Below are positions 1-12,369 of a stretch of DNA of 64,000 nucleotides, in pieces (positions within the stretch are counted from its first letter, which is position 1; every line of letters begins with the position of its first letter). Source of the DNA: Hydrolagus colliei (lineage: Eukaryota); contig CM068742.1 of NCBI GenBank assembly GCA_035084275.1, positions 3,410,001-3,474,000 on the forward strand, written 5' to 3'. The notes below the pieces were generated by a model. That model made no database searches, had not been told where the DNA came from, and saw nothing but the letters and a program-made list of their open reading frames with translations. A program made the position numbers and the translations under genes.

Positions 1-289
1 AGCTATAGCTGCTTTAGAAGCAAATCTCTTCCACGTGTTGATTATTACAGTACTTTCCTGATTTTAAATCTTGGCCAAGACAAGTTAATTTCGGACTTGC
101 ATGTTATATTTCTGTTTTTGCAGTCAAAGTCAAATAAACTACAACTACAACATTACTTCCCGATTTTCATTTTTTCATAAACCTGGATTTATATTTCCTC
201 TCTCTTTGATTTAACTGTCTCAAACAACCTATTCCATTTTGAAAAGGCTAAGAGTTATTATCAAAGAATAATATTCAAATTCAACAACA

Positions 290-545
290 ACTTTATGAGG
301 CAAATCATGCACGGTAGCATGCCAGAGTGGAAAGGCGGAAGGATACAGGAAAAGTGTTCCAGAGTTTCAGGGAGTAATGGTTAAAAGCCTGGCTGATAGT
401 GGAACAGTGGGCATGAGGGCTATGCGTGAGGCTGGAGCCAGTGGTTATGGGTTGGGGAGTAAGCAGGCTGGTAAGGTAAGAGCATGAAATAATTTGAAAA
501 TGAGTGTGAGGATGTTGAAATCGATCTGTTCGTGATTGAGAATCA
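290..545 (-). mobile_element. Old degenerate L2 LINE 3' fragment
   Basis: Reverse complement resembles the L2 ORF2 C-terminal stretch (IDFNILTLIFK-like; 'atttgaaaatgagtgtgaggatgttgaaatcgatc' on +) seen intact in the young copies at 16705 and 26044. Confidence 0.55.
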
Positions 546-654
546 GAAGCTAGAAATGGTGTGAAGGAGGTTTGGAGTTCAGTGTGGGCGCATTTGGATT
601 CGATGGATATAATTCACAATTTATCCTTCTTCCCCGGTTCATTTTCTTGGTCCT

Positions 655-813
655 TCACCCTGTGACTATATGTGGGATATTGCTGTGTCCAATTTGCTGT
701 TGTGTTCACCCACAACAAACATACTCACATCACTTTAGATATATCCGGCGAAGTACTTTGAATTGTCCCGATGATGTGATAAGGTGCTTTATCAAATATA
801 AGGATTATTATTA
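655..813 (+). mobile_element. Deu-domain SINE, 3' part
   Basis: Deu core tgtgggatattgctgtgtccaatttgctg plus tail ...tcaaatataaggattattatt. Confidence 0.75.
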
Positions 814-1504
814 ATGTTATTCTCTGGATGAACTCAATTCTATTGAAGGAAGAACAACAAAATGGATCATAAATCTCCACAGTAGGTCTATCAATGAACT
901 GGATAATTACAATAGCTCAACCCAAGCCCTTCGGGATGTTTTCTAGTACATTATCATAAGCCATGTTAAACAGTTTAATTTTGATTGTATATGCTCAGTG
1001 AATAATCAATAATCACTTATAAATGGGCTTCTCGCTAGGCCAAATGGCCTGCTCATGTTCATAAGTTCCTAAATCGCTTTACTATTTCATCTTTGCTAAT
1101 ATGCAGTAATTTGTCATGTTTCATGGTCTAATATACATAGCATTAAATTCACATTAACATTATCTGCTATCCATTAATTGATCCCGACACAAGTAAATGT
1201 ATCTATTTCAAGCTTACAAAGGAAAACAGAAGCCAAGGAACAGAAATTGGTCATTCAGTCCATTAAGCCTGCTATTTATTTTACGACCTTATCCTATTAA
1301 GTTAATTTTCCCTACCTTTTTAGAATCTGCCTTAATACCTACCTTTACTTGCTATCTAATGTACTTCATGACCCATGCAACAACATGAATATGAAACTGA
1401 TACCGAAAACTCCTAATAACTCAACGCCGGGTTAGCCAGTCACTACCGCTTGAGTAATTGTGCCGTCAACATCCTGGCCACATTTATTTTTGTATTTAAT
1501 GGTA

Positions 1505-2103
1505 CAGCACAGATACCCCAATCGCGGGTTTTTCTACCCTTCATTTCACTCACCCACAGTTGGCTCACCGTGAGAACCCTTGCTAACCATGACAATGGGT
1601 ATTGCTTAACCCTTGCTTCTCCGCGGGTTTTAACACTTACACGAGTGTTTGGCGCTCGGACCCAGTTGCGTCAGCCAGCCACGATGTCGCTCCGCGCTAG
1701 CGTGTAGCGCTAGCACCCAGTTGCGATGTCGCTCCTCTCTTAGGATTAAGGTAAATAACATGAATTTATTGTTGCTTCTCTGCATCCCCCACCACCATGT
1801 CACCCACCACACCACCTTCTCCCCTTCCCCCCCCCACCTCCGTGTCACCCACCACACTACCTTCTCCCCATCCACCCCCACTCCTCTGTCACCCACCACA
1901 CCACCTTCTCCGTTGATTTCTCTCTCTCTGTGACTGTGTGTAGATCAGTCAGTCAGACAGCCTCGCAAATTGCTGCAGATCCTGGCAGCCAATGTTCCCC
2001 ATACCCCATGTTTTCCATAGGACCCTGTATTTTCCAACCTCGGTTTTAATAACCACAGAGGTTTTCAGGAACGTATCCCCTCGCGGTTGGGGAGGGGTAC
2101 CTG
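1505..2103. mobile_element. Non-autonomous Tigger/pogo-type DNA element (MITE)
   Basis: TA at both flanks. Right end reads (reverse complement) CAGGTACCCCTCCCCAACCGCGAGGGGATACGTTCC, a Tigger-style terminus; left end CAGCACAGATACCCCAATCGCGGG is a degenerate match. Confidence 0.65.
1798..1912 (+). repeat. C-rich minisatellite, 3 units containing tgtcacccaccacaccaccttctcc
   Basis: Motif directly visible three times with variable C-rich spacers. Confidence 0.85.
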
Positions 2104-3859
2104 TATATATATATATACACACACACACGTCAGTATACATCACTGAACCCTTTTCCATTGGAGTAATTGGGACTTTACTATAGTTAAAGGTATACAAATG
2201 TAATTTCTTGTTGTGTCTTGTTGTTAGAAACATTGGTAATATTATCCAAATTGCAGTGATGCTCAAATCGTTTAAAATCAATGTATATCAAACCCATGCT
2301 GCAGCATTGTTAGTGACTGAAACAAACCTAATTAGGAAATCTATGTTCCGATAGACTTTTTCCTTTCTGCTGCCTTGTACGACACAATATTGTGGAGGTG
2401 AAAGGTTGCAAAAAGGTATTAGATTTTAGAAGTTTATCAAAGCTACAGCCTGAAACATTGACCTGGAGTCTCTGTACTTGGTGCCAGTGTTTTCTTTTGA
2501 CGTAATTCAATTTATTAGAAAAACAGCAATATTTCCACACAGAACAATGCCTGTAAATGTTGTCAAATGCTCTTTACACAAAACAATCAATTTCAAAAGC
2601 TAAACATTTCTATATTCTATTGCTGATGAATGGAAGCGTTAACCTTGTATTTGCTATTGATATGTTAATTTAATATGGCCATTAGGACATTTCAAAGCAA
2701 TTCAGATTTGTTGTGCTTTTTGAATATACCCTTCTACTGTGCTGAAATCTGAAGTAAATATCTATATGGATACTAATTGGGTCTAACCTCTTTAATTCAA
2801 GCCAATATTTCACCCATGCAAATTTGAGTAATCCCTTTTGAGAGAACATGATAATTTGTTTAGTAGGAAATGGGAATATTTCACTGGTGTATCGGGAGGC
2901 ATTCCTCCAAAGTTAGACATCCTACAAAGGCTAATCATTTCCAATCTTAAATTAATTACAAATGACACTTAATCCAGCATATTTACAGATGAATTCAGGC
3001 TTGCTGCTTTCTCTAATTATAATGCGCTGAATGCTACGAACAAATTGGAAAGAAACTCACTTTCTGCAGATGTACGACAGAAAACAAAAATCACAGCTTT
3101 CATCTGAACGAAGGGTCCCTGTAAATTATATATGTTAATGGACATTAAGTATGATTTACCTTTCATGTTTACTGACCTCCTAAAACTTCACAGAAAATTC
3201 GACATTTAGAAATGAAGTGATTACAAAGCAGAATTTTCCAAAAGCACCAGAATTGTTTTTGCATGCTGCTTTTTGACATTGCGAAGTGTTTCGCATGACA
3301 GCTTGGTTCACATTCGTTTACAATGGACAGTTCGTAGAATCTGGCTAAAAGAAAGAAAAATATGCTCACTTCAGTAGATGGACCTTTCACTCATCAGAAC
3401 AGAGATTTTATTTTAGAGATTACACAGAAGGGGGTTTAATAAGGGTATTTTATGTGTTTATAGCTAAGTGATATGTCTGCTAAGTGTTATGTTTCTTTTT
3501 GCAACCTGTCTTATATAGCTGCAATCTGTCTTAAAAAGCTGCCATTGACTTGTAAACTGTTCTAGTATCTTCTATTTCAGGAGATGCAATATGTTCTGCT
3601 GGTGGATTACTGCTTAGCCTTCAAGTATGCAGTTCTGCAAAGGGTGAGCGTATAGGTAGGATCTACATTTTAGGAAATAAACTGAAAGAAATCCAACACA
3701 GGAACACTGACAAACCTATGTGGTTAGCAAAGAGATTTGACTGATGCATGTTATTATTTTCTAAATGTCCTTTAAAAAAAACTAATAAGAATAAATGTCA
3801 TAATTTTATTTAATTATAAAAAGGAACAGTTAATGCAGAGATAATATTGTTGATCCACA

Positions 3860-4040
3860 TCCAAGTAATGATCCACTCTGGCTTCCCTCAACTGCAACAT
3901 TGCCTGACTCTGCCACTACTTCACCCCTCAGATCCGCTGAAACTCTTGTCCATGCCTTCATCACAACCAGGCTCGATTATGCCAATACCCTGCTTGTCAG
4001 CCTTCCCTACTCCTCCGTCCATAGACTGCAGATCATAGTA
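3860..4040 (+). mobile_element. L2 LINE ORF2 fragment (degenerate)
   Basis: Encodes AETLVHAFITTRLDYANTLL-like motif homologous to the young L2 RT C-terminus. Confidence 0.8.
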
Positions 4041-5023
4041 CTATGATCCTGATTAATTAGGCATGTCATTGTATTTTTCTTTTCTCACAATGCATTACTC
4101 AAACATTACTCAAACTTCAGGAAATTTATTTAAAGTGGATATAATATAAGATCGGCCCACTTGCTAGTCAACATTTTATCATTCCAAGTGACAATCTACT
4201 GGTACCCATTAAGATTTAAAAAATTACCACAACATCTAAAAAAAAGTCACACTGATACGTGAGCTGTAATGAGCTAATGGAGTATTTAAAATAACTTGAA
4301 ATCACTGCATTTACAATTTATCGAATTACTGAGTAATCCCGGCTGCAGTAACAATTGTAGCATAAACACCAGGGAACCAAATGTGTTTCTTCTCGACATT
4401 TTTCAAGCACCGTTTAATTTTGAGTGGGAGAAATAGATGCGAGTAAACCTGCAACATTAATAGGTTGAAGTAATTTGCTGAACTGCTGCTTCTCAGAGGA
4501 AAATAATTCGGGGGAGGTCTGGAACTCTGAGCAATGACGTCACTCGCCACGGCTAATGAACAGCAAGATGGATACCACTGGTGCAAGTCTCAATCCCCAG
4601 TGACAATGTTTGACACTTTGATGGAAACCTGCTGATTCACGCTGCTATGGAAACAGATGGAACACCAAAGCAATTGTGCTGCCCTGTAGTTGAGCAGAAA
4701 ATGTGCCCATATATCCCAATATCATTCCAGTGTGGAAATACTTGAATAGCGATTCGCTGTGCGTCTCGCCCGCAAATTACCCACTTCACAATGCATTCTG
4801 AGAAGAGCTTTGAGATGTCTCAACCATGTGATAAGGTGCTTTATCAATTGCAAGGATTACTGTTATTGCGAAATAAAGACGGATGTGAGTCAACAAACAA
4901 ACTAATACTGAGTTGAATTCTTCAGATGAGGAAGAAATGTTGAAAGGGTAATTAGACTTGGATCTGTGCTTGGACCTTTGCTTTTTTTCAAATACAGTAT
5001 ATAAATGACCTTGATGTAGATGT

Positions 5024-5325
5024 GGAGTCCTGCAGCTCAGCGGTTTAAAGCTCTGGCCTCACAAGTGAGAGACCTGGGTTTGATTCCAAGCAGGACGAGA
5101 GCTTGGGCAAGTTTCCTCACACGACACGCCTAATAATAATCTCTCGAAAAAAAAAAAAAATTGGTGATTTTCATTGCATGACTGTTTGTGGGACACTGCT
5201 GTGTGAAATTGGCTGCTACATTTCACCCACATATACAGTCAATTCACTGTACAGCATATTTCATGAAGCACTTTGAGACTAAAAGACATGAAAAGTACTA
5301 TGTCAAATGCAAAGATTATTATTAT
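5024..5325 (+). mobile_element. Full-length tRNA-derived Deu-domain SINE
   Basis: A box (agctcagcgg), B box (ggtttgattcc), Deu core tgtgggacactgctgtgtgaaattggctgc, L2-like tail ending in (att)n. Confidence 0.9.
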
Positions 5326-5879
5326 GGATGCTTATCCAAGACAATTGCTGCAATGTGATCACCAAATTATTTTCTGTTCAGATAAAATGACACAGAACTT
5401 TTCTTCCCTCCAATAATGGTGAATTTATGATAGTTATATCTCTCCTATGAAATTGTTGTGCAAACAGATTGTAGATGAAAACACCATTTCAACTTGTGGT
5501 TTGGACAGAAAAGACTTCCCATTTACTCTAATAATAGTATTTTCTGCTGCAGCATCCTTCGACTCTCGGCTCTTTACTGAAATGAAGATAAATGCAAATA
5601 TGTTTGTTAAAAAGGTAATGTTACACATTTTCTTTTTGAAAGAAGTCCTAGGAGATTTTCTCAAAGAATGAAAAAGATTGATTTGACATTGCCATTCAGC
5701 AACTTGTCCAAATCTCTCCATAACATCCAAATTTGAGAGGTTTAAGGTGTTGTTGGAAGCCAATGTCTAAAAGACCACTCCATGATGTGGCAGTTTGGTG
5801 TTCGTCCAAAGATTGCTGATGGAAGGTGTCATTCAGATTGTGAGTTCACAAATACATGCTCTTCGACCCAAGATATGAG

Positions 5880-6200
5880 GTGTTTCTCAGATTTCTGCTT
5901 TGCCTTCAGTTGACCCCTCAGCAAATCATAAAATGTTGTGGACAGGTTTACCTATGCTTCAAGGCCACAAACAATGGAAAAGTAGTTGGAAGTATCTTTA
6001 CAGAACAACAAGTTTCAACGTCATCCATGATAAGATGTTATTGTTTGCCCACAATGGACATCAAATCTTGTTTAAAACAAACTGCTAGAATTTTGATAAA
6101 GGCAAAGGGGATGCTGAGATCTATGGATATTGGTGACAGGAGGAGACTGGCTGATTAACAAGATGTTTTTGTGTAGGTGAATGGCAAATGTTTTTACAAG
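5880..6200 (+). mobile_element. Possible very old L1/Tx1-clade LINE ORF2 C-terminal remnant
   Basis: Reads WKSSWKYLYRTTSFNVIHDKMLLFAHNG then, across stops, YGYW*QEET..C..V..W, resembling a decayed CxxC..ET..H...C knuckle. Motif recognition by eye only. Confidence 0.3.
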
Positions 6201-6384
6201 TCGATGTGTATGACTTTGCAAGATAGAAAGGAAAGGATAATTCTCTTCCTGAAAAGAGCAGAGATTTGGAAAATGGACTAACTACCCGTAACCAACATCT
6301 TAAAAGGATTTACAAGGAGAAAATGATTGAAACAACCATCAATAGACTGAACAATGATCAACACTTGAAAAAGATAATGCTAGA

Positions 6385-6815
6385 TTTGCCCACAAATATA
6401 TACAGTCAATTCACTTTACAGTATATTCTGTGAAGCGCTTTGGGACGTTGATAAGATGTGGAAAGCGCTATATCAACTGCAAGGATTATTATTATTACCA
6501 CTTGGTCAGTTGGTTCTTCCTCCATTTCTTCCACAACATTGATCAGGCCAACTATACTTGTTGTGAATTGTACTAAATATACAGAAGCATTACTTTCAAT
6601 TGATTGAATAATTGTAACTTGCATAACCTTACTAGTTTGTATCAGTGAATATCAAGAATTCAAGATTCAGGAATTTGTGTTTTGCAATTGGCTGCATGTT
6701 TCACCCACAAATATACAATAAAATCGCTTTACAATATATTCTGTGAAGTGCTGTGAGATGTCTAGAAGACATGAGAAGTGCTATATCAAGTGCAAGTATT
6801 ATTTATTATTAATAT
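6385..6815 (+). mobile_element. Two SINE 3' fragments (about 6385-6497 and 6684-6815)
   Basis: Both carry cccacaaatata...ttctgtgaag...ctatatcaa.tgcaag..(att)n. Confidence 0.8.
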
Positions 6816-7249
6816 TATGTGACCCCCCTAAATTTGGAAGTTTTGTCCCTTTTTCCAAGTTAAATTACTTTTAAGTGGCTTCTAATGCAACCAAGACTGA
6901 TTTGGAGGTTGAATATACTCACACATTTTTAATGTCAGCTGATGTTTTTAACCTTACCATTGGTGCTGCTGCTTGTATGAAGTGTGTGTTAACTTACTTG
7001 TGACTATACTTTCTGGTGATGGTGGGAGTTCAGTGGGAATTATCTGGGTTTGAGCTGGCTCAGAGAGGGAATGCACTTGCTGAAGAAAGAATACAACAAG
7101 TGATTTCTTTATGGTGGACTCATGAGTCTAATATTAGAATGGAAGGGCTTTTGTATTTCAATGGAATTAGATCGATGGACCTTCAATGGTATTTGAGAGA
7201 CAGATCTATTTTATATATATATATAATATATTATATATATATATAGAAG

Positions 7250-7680
7250 CCCTCTGCAGAAGGGAAATTTATGGGGATGGAGCAAGTGAATTGAAGGGAT
7301 TTCAGGATGGAGCTTCGGAAAGTAGGGACAGCTTATTTGAAGCTCATTCACTAATGTCCTAGCAGATATGGCAAGAGACATGAAGCAGGCCAGTGTTTAC
7401 TAAGTGAAGGGACTGGCTTGACAATAGGTTTGCAGGCTGTCACAAAATTGAGATAACGTGAGTCCGTGGAGGGATTTGAAAATGAGAACCGGGATCTTAA
7501 ATTTGATCTGCTGAGGCAAAGTGGAATTATTGGAGCCACACAAGGAAGGAGGTGATAGGCTTTGCAGAAACCTGTCGTAGTAGAACACACAGACTGCAGG
7601 GTTCTGAGAAGTCTGCAACTTATGTTGGGAAGAGCTGGGGAGCAGGGCTAAGCCTGATCGTAATGAATGTGTGAATGAGG
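7250..7680 (-). mobile_element. Old L2 LINE 3' fragment
   Basis: Minus-strand translation includes HKLQTSQNPAV and LPQQIKFKIPVLIFKSLHGL, matching the L2 ORF2 C-terminus. Confidence 0.8.
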
Positions 7681-9029
7681 GCACTTACTGTGCACGATTC
7701 AGCATCAGACATTCAGTGCTAGCCACCATTTCTAGCAGTTCTTATTTGGCAGTATAGTACTGTAATTGGATGTCTGGATTTTGCTGAGAACATTTGTCAT
7801 GTTCAAGTACTACTTCCCTTCCATCATAACGGAAAGCCCAAAAGTAATCACCACAGCCATCTTTCGTTCTGCTTGAGAACAGGTGTAGGCTATTCATTGC
7901 AACAGATAAAATGATGCGCCTGAAACTTAATGGCATTGTTGAAAACCTCTACACGTAGCAAAGTTTCCATGAAACCCCTGAAGAAACTACAATGAAGAGA
8001 AGGTTAACCAGATGGTGACCCCAGGCTCCAAATCTAGATTATTCACGGTCTGCAGAACTCATCAAACAAAACAGCTGAGCTACAACCTATAGATTCAAAC
8101 AAATTGTTGTCAAATCAACAACATTGACAGATTTAATTGAAAGATTTCTATTTTATAGCTTCAAAGCTTTCTTAAAACCACACAACTATTAATGGTCAGT
8201 TTTATTTTTGGTCCAATATTCAGGATGTTTTGAACATAACCATATGTGGATCTACATTTCTTTCCATTGTATCTTCGTGTTGAGCTGTGAGCTTCCCTGT
8301 TAAAAATTCATTGCAAATTGTCACCTTCAGCATTTGGTTTTATTAATGCTGCTTCAGCTGTTTCTGGGGTTCTCCAATTTCTAAATACCAAACATGGTAT
8401 TGGAATATAAAGCTGATTCTGCTGATCAAATGTTTCCTAGACCTCTGTTCCTTCATATATCAAACAGGATTTCCAAAGAACTATTTCAGACTCATCTACA
8501 TGCAGTAACCTCAATGTAGGCAAACAGGACAGTATCCATTCCTATAAGTGCTTTGTGGTAACCTGACTTTGCATGGCTCAGTTGGTACCAATCCTGCCTA
8601 TGACTCAGAAATGATTGGGATCAAGCCTGACACCTACCTAGCAAGATGTCTAAAATATTATTTTCTAATAACTAAAATAGACTATAAACCTTTATATATT
8701 GCAAATAACATCTTCCAGGGTGTGGCTAGTGAATTTATTCACTCAACAACAACATGCGCCTCTATAGCGCCTCTATAGCGCCTCCACACTGGGTGGCATC
8801 TCAGAGCACATCATAATGTGGTGTGGTGGCTGAATGTAGGCCTGCCAGTGGTGGTGCGGAGGATTCGGCAGAAAAGGAGGAGGCCGGACCCAGTTGAGCG
8901 GAGGAGATGGGAAAAGATCCACCCAAAATCCAGCCCTCAAAGTAAGTCAATAAAAATAATTCTCTGGGGATCAAATATTCCATACTGTGATCTCAACATC
9001 CAAGTTGACAATGGATCAGTTTCAAAATT

Positions 9030-9290
9030 GGAGCTGAGTTTTGTGGTTGGAGTAGTCACATCGCAAGCGAGAGGGCCTGAGTTTGATTCCTGGACAGGTC
9101 AGAAAGTTAGGCCAATTTCCTTACTCCACATGCCTCTGTTTACTTAGTAAATAAGTAGTAGCCAGTTGTTAGTCAATTGTTGGATCACTTTTCAGTGGGT
9201 AATCATTGTTTGAAAAAAATAATAATTTGATCACTCAATCCATTACTGTTTGTGGGACAATGCTGCGCACAATTGACTTGCCACATTTGA
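9030..9290 (+). mobile_element. Older tRNA/Deu SINE, 3'-truncated
   Basis: B box gagtttgattcc, tttccttactccaca block, Deu core tgtgggacaatgctgcgcacaattg. Confidence 0.7.
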
Positions 9291-9324
9291 TCCAGTGGGA
9301 TTTCTATGGAGAGGACCATAAGTC

Positions 9325-9519
9325 AATGGGAGAGGACCATGTTATTGGAGGTGCAGTGCTTTGGATGATATGTTGAAACATCTGTTCCATCTATTCAACC
9401 AGACGTCAAGGAATCCATGACACAAATAAAAACAAGAGAAGGGTGTTTATCTCGGTGCCGTAGCCAGTAATTTTAAAATTAACTGGTCATTCATTTCTTG
9501 GTTGTTTGTGGGACATCGC
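9325..9519 (+). mobile_element. Ancient DeuSINE (AmnSINE1/SacSINE1-like) fragment
   Basis: ggaggtgcagtgctttggatgatatgttgaaac...gtttgtgggacatcgct; same family at about 12370-12870, 15340-15590, 28310-28650 and 52030-52430. Confidence 0.6.
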
Positions 9520-9740
9520 TAATAATAATAATCCTTGCATTTGATAGAGCACTTTTCACATCTTCTAGACGTCTCAAAGCGCTTCACAGAATATACTGTA
9601 AAGTGAATTGACTGTATATTTATGGGCGAAACACAGCAGCCAATTGCACACAGCAGTGTCCCACAAACAGGCGCAGATTGAAATATTATCGCTGTGTTTG
9701 AGGGATTATTATTCGGCGTGTAGAGTATGGAAACTTGCCT
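9520..9740 (-). mobile_element. Deu-domain SINE, 5'-truncated
   Basis: (aat)n tail and reverse complement of Deu core. Confidence 0.88.
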
Positions 9741-9867
9741 AAAGGTATCAATGTATGCAAACTGGCATCCACATTTTTCTACAAATGCACAGTTACTACA
9801 AATTCCAAAATAACTCTGAGGCACTTTGAGGTGTTTTGGCATGATACAGCATTCTTTCAAATAATAC

Positions 9868-9943
9868 GATTACATTATCGATTCCGTGCATTTGATATAG
9901 CGCCTAATCACTATATCAAATGCACGGAATCGATAATGTAATC
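9868..9943. repeat. Perfect 33-bp inverted repeat with 10-nt loop
   Basis: gattacattatcgattccgtgcatttgatatag (9868-9900) is the exact reverse complement of 9911-9943. Confidence 0.95.
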
Positions 9944-10646
9944 AATGCCTAATCACATCTTCGAGACACCTCAAAGCGCTTTACAGAATACACCGCAAGA
10001 TGAATTGACTGCAATATTTTGTTGGAAAATATGGCAGCCAATTGCACGCAGCAGAGTCCCAAAACAGTTGTGGGTTGACGTTGACTCATTTATTATTATT
10101 TACTCTTCCCACATAGAAAACTGATGAGGAACATGGTTCGAATTTTTTTTATTGGTATCTGCAGGCAGAGGAAACAATTGATTATCGGCAAGTATTCTAT
10201 GATGGGCTCCCAGCGGAGAGCTTTGGACATCATGCAAAAAATCCCCCAAACTGCGGCTTAGTTAAACAGTTGGTTTTAAACAACTTTGTTTTACAGCTGG
10301 CAAATCGAGTCATTGAAGAGTGTTAGTTTCCCGACTGAACAGCAGGTAATAAATTTGATGGTTTGTTCCAAAAACTGGTGTTGTATTTCAGAGTGGCTTT
10401 TAAAAAAGTGTTTTGTTTTCTTTCTGTGCACCTGTGTTGTAAACAAGAACTCAGTAAATATACCAGTGAAACACTGGAATGAGTTAAATAAATACCCATT
10501 GTCTCAACTCTCGTTCTCATCCAATCTTCCCAATAAATTTCTCCTCCGCTGTGTTTGTGAATCGCCGACACCAAAGTTGTGCTTCACAGCAAATGACGAA
10601 ATGCTAATCGGTGAATCTGACTTCATTTCAGTACCCAAATGCACAT

Positions 10647-10661
10647 GGCGCCCTCTCTTGG
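10647..10661 (-). promoter_or_regulatory. Candidate CTCF binding site
   Basis: Minus strand CCAAGAGAGGGCGCC versus consensus CCASYAGRKGGCRS; lies in non-repeat sequence. Confidence 0.45.
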
Positions 10662-12369
10662 AAGGCAAAACACACAAGAAAGTGAATAATTTATTGCTGC
10701 ATTATTTTTGTAATGTTGCAATAATTATTCAAGGCGTATAAATATAAAGGCCCATTACATTATCAGACAATGGCTCTGGGCAGGGCTTCACAGTTCTTAT
10801 ATAGCTCCATTTCATTGAAAACCATCTCCAGAATTATGAACAAAAAAAAAAGCTTTGGGAAATGAACGAGTAAGTGACATTCAAGGAGTATGTGATATTA
10901 ATAATAATTCTAGCATTTTATATAATGCCCTATCATGTCTATGATACATCTCAAAGTGCTTCACAAAATATACTGTAAAGTGAATTAACCGTATATTTTG
11001 TGGGCAAAATGGACCTATCATTTACACATCGTCTTGAGGGACATGGTCATTCAGACTATTGTTAATAATAATCCTTACATTTGATTTATGCTTAAAACCA
11101 TAAGACTGAACAGCATTAGGGAAGGCTATTTCACCCACCGTACCTTCATTTATCTCTGCCGCCACCCTTTCACCCAACTTGGAAACATTTGATCAAACTC
11201 ATGTCAATTTGCAAAGTCAGTGTTATTACCCATGTAGTTCACAAAACATGGACATGCAGCCTCTGGGATACCTGGATAGTTGCATATTTCCATCTTAATA
11301 GATTTTAATAGAAAGATGGAAAAATTGAGAGACAGGGTGGGTGGATAGAATGACTGCTATGTTTATCTGATACAGCCACTTTGCCACAATGCAATGTTAC
11401 CAGCATCAATACAAGGAGGGAATAGATTGTTCAGTGTGTACCTCATGCTACTAAGTTTTTTAAAAAAGCATAAATCCTTTTACCCAGAGTAATATTGAGG
11501 CCTAAGATTTTGTATGAATAAAATAAACAAAGTTTCATTCTCATATAAGAGTAAATATAAAAATATCCACAGTAAAATACAAGAGCAAAATCAAGAATCT
11601 CTAAATTGCAGATAAAAATTAAATATTCAAATTGTAAACTCAATTTAGATTCATGCAAGTCCTGCACACTGGGAGAATCTCCAAAGTATTTAACGTTGTT
11701 GTATGGGCACTGAAGCTGGGGGGTGGAAACTAAAATGAATGTGGAGGCAAAAGATGATCAAAAGCACATCACAAGAAGGATATTTTGAAAGTAATGTACA
11801 CTGCACATCTCCAGAACGGTTGTGTTAACAAAACGATCAACTATAACAGATTGCAGTCAAGAAGTCATCTTTAAGAACCCGAGTCCATTAGGAAATCTTC
11901 CAAGCCAAAATACCACTAAACCTCAAGAGTATCTCTCTCTGAGCAAATTTCTCTCCTGAGGATTAATCCTTTTGGGCAAATCAATCCACTATTGAAATCC
12001 ATGGGACACTTTGCTACTGAAACTCCTATGGGACATTCCCTCTGAGCAATTCCGTGACTAATGAACAGCACGATTGTCAATCTCTCCACTTGCTTTTTTC
12101 TCTCTCCCACGCTTGCTGCTCATAGCAACAACTTAAGCAAGTCAACGTAATCCAGTTTTTAAACTGGCATCTCCAGACTGTGGCGCAGTTACCCAACACT
12201 TTGTTGGACATAATGAGAGAAAAAAATGTGTTGCTTTGTTTAAAAAAAAAGCAACTAACACAAACTGAATTAAACAGCCATTATTAATCAGCCATGCACT
12301 GTATTCTAAGAATGTGTCTGCAAGAATTCACACAGTTTTATTATTCAATCAATTATTATTAAATCAATC

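Noticed and set aside
3370-3402. Third hammerhead-like core (ctgatga on the minus strand)
   Set aside because: No clear stem II or GAAA; too degenerate to support.
8745-8810. gcgcctctata tandem repeat as a CTCF array
   Set aside because: Short duplication inside an L2 tail (caacaacaac...tatagcgcc); poor fit to the CTCF spacing.
10286-10741. 151-aa ORF
   Set aside because: No recognisable domain, TTG start, composition typical of chance ORFs.
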